In this document: in pieces, positions 21,187-25,795 of the stretch
How the letters are laid out: every line of letters starts with the position of its first letter
How positions within the stretch are numbered: position 1 is the first letter of the stretch
NCBI GenBank assembly: GCA_937886445.1
Contig: CALGBY010000097.1
Span: forward strand, 1-25,795
Source of the DNA: an uncultured Clostridia bacterium
GTDB lineage: Bacteria; Bacillota; Clostridia; Christensenellales; Aristaeellaceae
Length of the DNA: 25,795 bases
Direction: 5' to 3'
Notes under the pieces: model-generated
Seen by the model: only the letters and a program-made list of their open reading frames with translations
Databases searched by the model: none
Told to the model about the DNA's origin: nothing
Translations under genes and position numbers: made by a program

Positions 21187-22557
21187 TTATTTTGAATAAT
21201 CGTAATATGTGGAATAATACACCTTGTTTTTTTCAAACGGGATACCGGCATTCGCAAACAGTTCCTCCACTGTGCAGAACAAAAAGCCGCGGCCTTCAAG
21301 GTTGGTCAGGATCTTATCCAGATAGCGGCAGCAATCGGCATTCAGGTCATGCATCAGCACGACATCCCCGTTCTTCACCATATCCTTTACCTGCTTGTAT
21401 ATGGTTTCCACCTTGTGCATATCGTCACCGATATCACCGCTCACAAGGCTCCAGTGTATGAAGGGAAGGCCGTAATCACGGTTGATCATCGCAAGCTCCT
21501 TTCCGCCGGGCGCGCGGATCAGGGACGGCCCTCTGCCGATGATCCCGCTCATTTCCTTTTCCATACGGTCGCGCCAGGAGAAGAGCTGATTTTCCTTCCA
21601 GTCATAGTCATGCTTGTAATTGTGGCTTTGCACGCTGCAGCCGGAATCATGTTCGCGGCACAGAAGACCCGCGTAGCTCTTCATACGGTCTCCTACCACA
21701 AAAAAGGTGCCTGATGCTCCGTGATAACGCAGCGTATTCAGTACATCACGCGTATAGCCGGCCGCGGGGCCGTCGTCAAAGGTAAGCGCCACCTTTTTGA
21801 AACGGCTGTTATCCGTCTGGCGATACGCTTCCTCCGTCATATAATCACGGATCTCACTGTAATAGACAGAAACATGCATCAGCGTTTTTTTGCCCTCATA
21901 CAGGCTGTCCGCCCGGAAGGTGAGGATCAGCCGCGCCGCAGTAAGGCAGAAGGAGGCGTTTCTCAGCCCTTCCTCTGAGCAAAGAGCATCCAGCTTTTCC
22001 GCGTCCGCCGCCTCCTCCGGCCAATAGGCGGACAGGCTCTCTCTCACCGACGCGCACAGAATCTCCCACGCGGGGCTGCCCTCAGGAAAAACATCTCCGA
22101 GCGTGATCCTTTTGCCGGTCTCAATGTCATATACGCGGCTTTCGGTATCGATATACTCAACACTTTCAGGAACGGAATACCTTGTGATCAGCAGAAAGCT
22201 CATCCAGCTTGTACCGGTGCGCCATACCTCCGCTCCGGTATCCAGCTCGGTAAACACCGTCTGATTCTTTCCCGGCAGCAGATGCAGCGCACTTTGATGC
22301 ATTTCCTCCAGCCTTTCGCGCAGCTCAGCGTTCACATCTTCATTCACCGTAACGGGCAGGGTAAGTCGGGAGGACACATTCTTATGCAGCCGCTCCTCCG
22401 CTGTTTCCTGATGAAACACAAGGTATTCCGGCATCCCGGTATAAAGCTCTTTCTTCTCCCCTTCGCAGAACGCGCCCGGGGAAGGCAGCAGCCCCAAAAG
22501 CAATACAAGCAAAATGATGACGGCTGCTTTTTCGTATTTCAAACCGTTCTTTAACAA
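21187..22557 (-). CDS. PdaC-like polysaccharide/peptidoglycan deacetylase (N-terminal anchor, DUF3298/DUF4163-like region, NodB domain)
   Basis: NodB motifs are present (VALTFDDGPAAGYT, FFVVGDRM, SHNYKHD). The ORF track start at 22605 is TTG and would overlap the upstream gene by 29 nt. I prefer TTG 22557, which lies 7 nt after GGAGGA (22565-22570) and directly follows the upstream TAA stop. Confidence 0.8.
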   Translation of the reverse strand: MLKNGLKYEKAAVIILLVLLLGLLPSPGAFCEGEKKELYTGMPEYLVFHQETAEERLHKNVSSRLTLPVTVNEDVNAELRERLEEMHQSALHLLPGKNQTVFTELDTGAEVWRTGTSWMSFLLITRYSVPESVEYIDTESRVYDIETGKRITLGDVFPEGSPAWEILCASVRESLSAYWPEEAADAEKLDALCSEEGLRNASFCLTAARLILTFRADSLYEGKKTLMHVSVYYSEIRDYMTEEAYRQTDNSRFKKVALTFDDGPAAGYTRDVLNTLRYHGASGTFFVVGDRMKSYAGLLCREHDSGCSVQSHNYKHDYDWKENQLFSWRDRMEKEMSGIIGRGPSLIRAPGGKELAMINRDYGLPFIHWSLVSGDIGDDMHKVETIYKQVKDMVKNGDVVLMHDLNADCCRYLDKILTNLEGRGFLFCTVEELFANAGIPFEKNKVYYSTYYDYSK

Positions 22558-22576
22558 ATTCCTATCCTCCGTATCC

Positions 22577-23545
22577 TTACAGTCCGCCAAGAGCGGTATA
22601 GGCAAATGAGAGCAGCGGCATGGTCGCGATGCACAGTACAGTGGTCACAATGCCGATCACGCCGGCATAATCCGCGTCCCTTCCGTACAGCTGGCTCATA
22701 TTGGTCACAGTGGAAGCGGCAGGCGAGGCCGTGGCCAGAAATACGATATACAGCACCTTTCTGCTCTCTGTTTCCGGCAGCACCCTTCCGAAAAGCGCGA
22801 ATAGGAGCAGGGTGAATACCGGGAACACAAGCAGCCGGATACAGGCGACAAGCCATACCCGCTTATAGGAAAACAGCTTTTTCAGGTCCATTCCGCCCAG
22901 CAGCATACCGATAATGATCATCGATACCGGGCCGATCAGCCCGCCCAGCATGCCTACCCCGTCCTTTATAAAGCCGGGCAGAGTAAAGCCGGTCACAAAC
23001 AACAGCAGCCCGGCGATGATCGCGATCACAGCCGGAGTAAGCAGTACTTTCTTTACCGCCGTAAGCAGCTTCTCCTTCATACCTGCCGTGTTCTGCCCGT
23101 TATCCTCCATACAGGACCGGCAATGCGTCCACAGGAACAGCAGTTGTACGGAGATAAAGGCCACGGTATAGATCACATACTGCGCGCCCAGCGCCGCCTC
23201 GATCAGGGGAATGATGATGTTTCCCGCATTGGAATACACCGTGCTCATACGCTCCGTCACATCGGGAAGGATCGTCTTCTTTGCCGCCCTGCCCAGCAGC
23301 ATCAGCACCGTCTGCGCGGCAAAGGCCGCGATAAAGGCAAGCAGCAGGTTGTTCCTTACCTCCGGCGTGTTCTCCACCTGAAACGCGCCCAGCACCGAGC
23401 AGGGCACAAACACATATAATAGCAATACAGAAAGCGTTCTGCCGTGTTCCGCCTTCAGGGCTTTGAGCTTTACGGTAAGAAAGCCCGCCAGAAGGCAGAC
23501 AAAAAGAGACGCGATCTTGAAAAGCAGATCCAGTGCCAAGGACAC
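22577..23545 (-). CDS. AEC-family (auxin efflux carrier-like) membrane transporter
   Basis: The protein has about 10 TM helices and the family-typical organisation of two hydrophobic halves. The N-terminus is LLFKIASLFVCLLAGFLTVKLKAL. The start is GTG at 23545, with GAAGGTGA RBS 6 nt upstream. Confidence 0.8.
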   Translation of the reverse strand: MSLALDLLFKIASLFVCLLAGFLTVKLKALKAEHGRTLSVLLLYVFVPCSVLGAFQVENTPEVRNNLLLAFIAAFAAQTVLMLLGRAAKKTILPDVTERMSTVYSNAGNIIIPLIEAALGAQYVIYTVAFISVQLLFLWTHCRSCMEDNGQNTAGMKEKLLTAVKKVLLTPAVIAIIAGLLLFVTGFTLPGFIKDGVGMLGGLIGPVSMIIIGMLLGGMDLKKLFSYKRVWLVACIRLLVFPVFTLLLFALFGRVLPETESRKVLYIVFLATASPAASTVTNMSQLYGRDADYAGVIGIVTTVLCIATMPLLSFAYTALGGL

Positions 23546-23606
23546 TTCCGGTCACCTTCGTCAAAAATGTTATTCCCTCACAGGGATAGGTTTGGAAATG
23601 TATACG

Positions 23607-23787
23607 GATCATTTTCAAACAGCCCATTGATGCCTTTCCGGAGGGCGGGGCATAAGTTTGAAAATCGTGTTCGGCCGATCTTCAGACAGCCCGTCGACGC
23701 CTCATCTGGGGATTATCAGTTATTAACTATAAGTTAATAGTTATACACTATGAGCTGTAAAGCTCATTACCGGAGGGCGGGGCATAA
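23607..23787. repeat. Intergenic cluster of short direct repeats and palindromes
   Basis: An 18-nt exact direct repeat CCGGAGGGCGGGGCATAA occurs at 23638-23655 and 23770-23787. An imperfect 22-nt repeat reads TTCAAACAGCCCATTGATGCCT and TTCAGACAGCCCGTCGACGCCT (18/22 identical). A 10-bp inverted repeat ATTTTCAAAC/GTTTGAAAAT (23611-23620/23656-23665) brackets the first copy. A palindrome TATTAACT-ATA-AGTTAATA lies at 23721-23739, and a hairpin ATGAGCT-GTAA-AGCTCAT at 23750-23767. Confidence 0.85.
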
Positions 23788-23900
23788 ACATGGTATATCG
23801 CCTTTTTCCGTTTCTGTCAAGCGGTACACGCAAATTCGCGTCCGATCACGAAGTTACCCGTGGTATCAAACGATCCGGAGCGTTCCGCTGCAAATTTTTG

Positions 23901-23929
23901 TGGATAAAAACGCAAAAAAGCGTTACAAT
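23901..23929 (+). promoter_or_regulatory. Candidate proximal promoter of the GH13 gene
   Basis: TGGATA (23901-23906), 17 nt, TACAAT (23924-23929). The spacer contains the small palindrome AACGC-A6-GCGTT. Confidence 0.4.
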
Positions 23930-23971
23930 ACAGAAAACGGCATCGCCGAAATACTTGATCGGAGGTATCCT

Positions 23972-25540
23972 ATGTGCTGTCAAAAGCAGCCGGCCTGGCT
24001 TTCACAGGCGGTATTCTATGAGATCTACCCCCAAAGCTTTCTTGATACCGATTCAGACGGCATCGGCAATTTTGAAGGCATCATTCAAAAGCTGGATTAC
24101 ATAAAAAGCATCGGCTGCAATGCCCTGTGGCTGAACCCCTGCTTTGATTCCCCCTTCGGCGACGCCGGTTACGATGTGCGTGATTACCGCCGCGCGGCTC
24201 CGCGTTACGGGACAAACGATGATCTGAAGCGCCTGTTTGACACGGCGCATGAAAAGGGCCTCCATGTTCTGCTGGACTTGGTGCCCGGTCACACCTCAGT
24301 GGAGCATCCATGGTTCATAAAGAGTATGGAAGCTGAACAAAATGAATATACCGACCGCTATATCTGGACGGACAGCGTATGGGAAGCGCCGACGGATCTG
24401 GGCTGCATACGCGGTATGTCCCGGCGCAACGGCTGTGCCGCGGTCAATTTCTTTTCCTCTCAGCCGGCGCTCAACTACGGCTATGAGCATCCGGAAAAGC
24501 CTTGGCAGCAGGGTATGGACGCACCCGGCCCGCGCGCCACGCTTGCCGAAATGATGGATATCATGCGCTTCTGGCTCGGCACGGGCTGCGACGGCTTCCG
24601 GGTGGATATGGCCGGTTCGCTTGTAAAGGGTGATCCCGGTCACACAGGCATCCTTCGGCTCTGGCAGGAAGTACGCGCATTTCTGGACAGGGAATTTCCC
24701 GATGCCGCCATCATATCTGAATGGGGCGAGCCTGATCTCTCCCTTCAGGCAGGCTTCCATATGGATTTTCTCCTGCATTTCGGCCCCTCTCACTACAATG
24801 ATCTGTTCCGTTCGGAGCATGCGTACTTTTCAGGAGATGAGCAGGGAGACGCTTCCCTCTTTATCGCCCGCTACAATGAGTGCATGAAGAAATCCGGCGG
24901 AAAAGGCCTGATGTGCATTCCGTCCGGCAATCATGATATGGACCGTCTTGCCCGCGGCATTCCGGACGAAGCGCACCGCAAGCTGGCATTCCTGTTCCTG
25001 CTTACCGTTCCCGGTGCTCCCTTCATCTATTACGGAGATGAGATCGGTATGCGCTATGTTGAAAACCTGACCAGCGTTGAAGGCGGATACGAACGCACCG
25101 GCTCCCGCTCTCCCATGCAGTGGGACCATACGCCCAATTCGGGCTTCAGCCGCGCCCCGAAGGAGACCCTCTACATCGCTCAGGATCCCGATCCTGACCG
25201 TCCCACCGTTGAAAAAGCGGAAGCGGACACATCATCCCTGCTGTGGGAGATCCGCAGGCTTCTCGCCGTGCGCTCCGCTTGCCCGGCGCTTGGCAACCTC
25301 GCGGGCATCCGTTTCCTTACAGAAGAAAAGAATACCTATCCCCTTGCCTATCTTCGCTATACCGATGAGGAAAGGCTGCTTGTGCTGATCAATCCTTCCG
25401 ACCGTGAACAGTGCTTCTCCTGCGGCGAAACACTTTGCAGCGCCGTATTTACCCTGTTCTCCGGTGTCTCTCAGCAGGACGGTGTCATCCGTGTGCCGGC
25501 CTGCTCCGGCGGCGTATACAGGCTGAAGCAGGAAAGATAA
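23972..25540 (+). CDS. GH13 alpha-amylase-family glycosidase (alpha-glucosidase/oligo-1,6-glucosidase-like)
   Basis: ORF track gives 23750..25540. I trimmed it to ATG 23972, which lies 6 nt after GGAGG (23961-23965). The N-terminus AVFYEIYPQSFLDTDSDGIGNF is typical of the family. The GH13 regions are I DLVPGH, II GFRVDMAGS, III IISEWGE and IV GNHDMDR. Confidence 0.9.
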   Translation: MCCQKQPAWLSQAVFYEIYPQSFLDTDSDGIGNFEGIIQKLDYIKSIGCNALWLNPCFDSPFGDAGYDVRDYRRAAPRYGTNDDLKRLFDTAHEKGLHVLLDLVPGHTSVEHPWFIKSMEAEQNEYTDRYIWTDSVWEAPTDLGCIRGMSRRNGCAAVNFFSSQPALNYGYEHPEKPWQQGMDAPGPRATLAEMMDIMRFWLGTGCDGFRVDMAGSLVKGDPGHTGILRLWQEVRAFLDREFPDAAIISEWGEPDLSLQAGFHMDFLLHFGPSHYNDLFRSEHAYFSGDEQGDASLFIARYNECMKKSGGKGLMCIPSGNHDMDRLARGIPDEAHRKLAFLFLLTVPGAPFIYYGDEIGMRYVENLTSVEGGYERTGSRSPMQWDHTPNSGFSRAPKETLYIAQDPDPDRPTVEKAEADTSSLLWEIRRLLAVRSACPALGNLAGIRFLTEEKNTYPLAYLRYTDEERLLVLINPSDREQCFSCGETLCSAVFTLFSGVSQQDGVIRVPACSGGVYRLKQER

Positions 25541-25571
25541 AGCTTCATACAACTGCACATCGCATTTTCCG

Positions 25572-25620
25572 AATGATACCGTGAGTTTATCCTCCGGTAT
25601 CATTTGTTTATTTGCTTTTG
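25572..25620 (+). terminator. Rho-independent terminator of the GH13 gene
   Basis: Arms AATGATACCG (25572-25581) and CGGTATCATT (25595-25604) are followed by the T-rich run TGTTTATTTGCTTTT. Confidence 0.7.
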
Positions 25621-25712
25621 AATATGACTATCCGCAAACGGTTATAACGAAAAACAGCCTTCCTTTGAATGCATCATAAACGCAGACAGCCTGTTTGGAT
25701 GGATCCAAGCAA

Positions 25713-25740
25713 CGAAAAAGGACACTCACATGGAGTGTCC
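25713..25740 (-). terminator. Rho-independent terminator downstream of the 5S rRNA (end of the rrn operon)
   Basis: On the minus strand: GGACACTC-CATGT-GAGTGTCC (25720-25740) followed by TTTTTCG. Confidence 0.75.
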
Positions 25741-25748
25741 TGATATGG

Positions 25749-25795
25749 AATCCGGCGGCGATCTATCCTCCCGGGCCGTGTCCAGCCAAGTACTT
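25749..25795 (-). rRNA. rrf: 5S ribosomal RNA, 3' portion (truncated by the window edge)
   Basis: The minus strand reads AAGTACTTGGCTGGACACGGCCCGGGAGGATAGATCGCCGCCGGATT. This matches the conserved 5S 3' region (..GGTACT..CTGGA.AC.GG..GGGAGAGTAGGTCGC.GCC.GG). A terminator follows. The exact 3' end is uncertain by a few nt. Confidence 0.7.

Noticed and set aside
22558-22605. Longer TTG start for the deacetylase gene, as in the ORF track
   Set aside because: It has no RBS and overlaps the transporter gene by 29 nt. An internal TTG has a GGAGGA at ideal spacing. I kept it as an alternative in the feature evidence.
23911-23927. cre (CcpA)-like element AAAAAGCGTTACA in the GH13 promoter spacer
   Set aside because: Only the right half (GCGTTACA) fits the TGWAANCGNTNWCA consensus, and the left TG is missing. 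A half-site match is too weak to call.
23750-23971. In-frame 74-codon N-terminal extension of the GH13 ORF
   Set aside because: The extension is basic and low-complexity and runs through the intergenic repeats and palindromes. GH13 homology begins right after ATG 23972, which has a well-spaced GGAGG.
1-25795. Search for mobile elements, prophage, toxin-antitoxin pairs, CRISPR-Cas, restriction-modification or other defence modules
   Set aside because: I recognised no integrase, transposase or recombinase, no terminal inverted repeats, and no nuclease, helicase or methyltransferase motifs. The only phage-like element is the lysozyme-type domain of a secreted host protein. The window reads as core chromosome with envelope-related accessory genes.

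Overview
GC-rich chromosomal segment of Firmicutes/Clostridia type. This assignment rests on a T-box leader on proS, TTGACA/TATAAT-like promoters in short AT-rich intergenic islands, GGAGG-type RBSs, a CotH kinase and a PrsA-like foldase. I support 22 protein genes, one partial 5S rRNA at the right edge (the 3' end of a minus-strand rRNA operon), one T-box leader, several rho-independent terminators and several promoter candidates. Housekeeping or recognisable genes: GNAT acetyltransferase, LMW protein-tyrosine phosphatase, short peptide-deformylase-like protein, SRAP peptidase, archaeal-type prolyl-tRNA synthetase, P-loop kinase, sugar-1-P nucleotidyltransferase, PdaC-like polysaccharide deacetylase, AEC transporter and a GH13 glycosidase. 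The rest is dominated by secreted or envelope proteins of unclear function. I saw no transposase, integrase, CRISPR array, tRNA or recognisable defence genes, so I cannot name a defence system here. The best candidates for undescribed biology are: (1) a two-gene operon in which a galactokinase-family enzyme carries an N-terminal HTH and is followed by a nucleotidyltransferase. It sits behind a consensus promoter whose -35 lies inside a 17-bp-arm inverted repeat. (2) A secreted protein with eight YYYYRTPTPT-type decapeptide units, a Pro/Thr linker and a discoidin-like C-terminal domain. (3) An operon of two paralogous polytopic membrane proteins built from a repeated 2-TM module, plus a TPR-like lipoprotein. 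(4) A repeat- and palindrome-rich 425-bp intergenic region upstream of the GH13 gene. (5) TGTAAA/TTTACA hexamer repeats just upstream of envelope-gene promoters. All functional calls come from motif recognition by eye; no searches were run.
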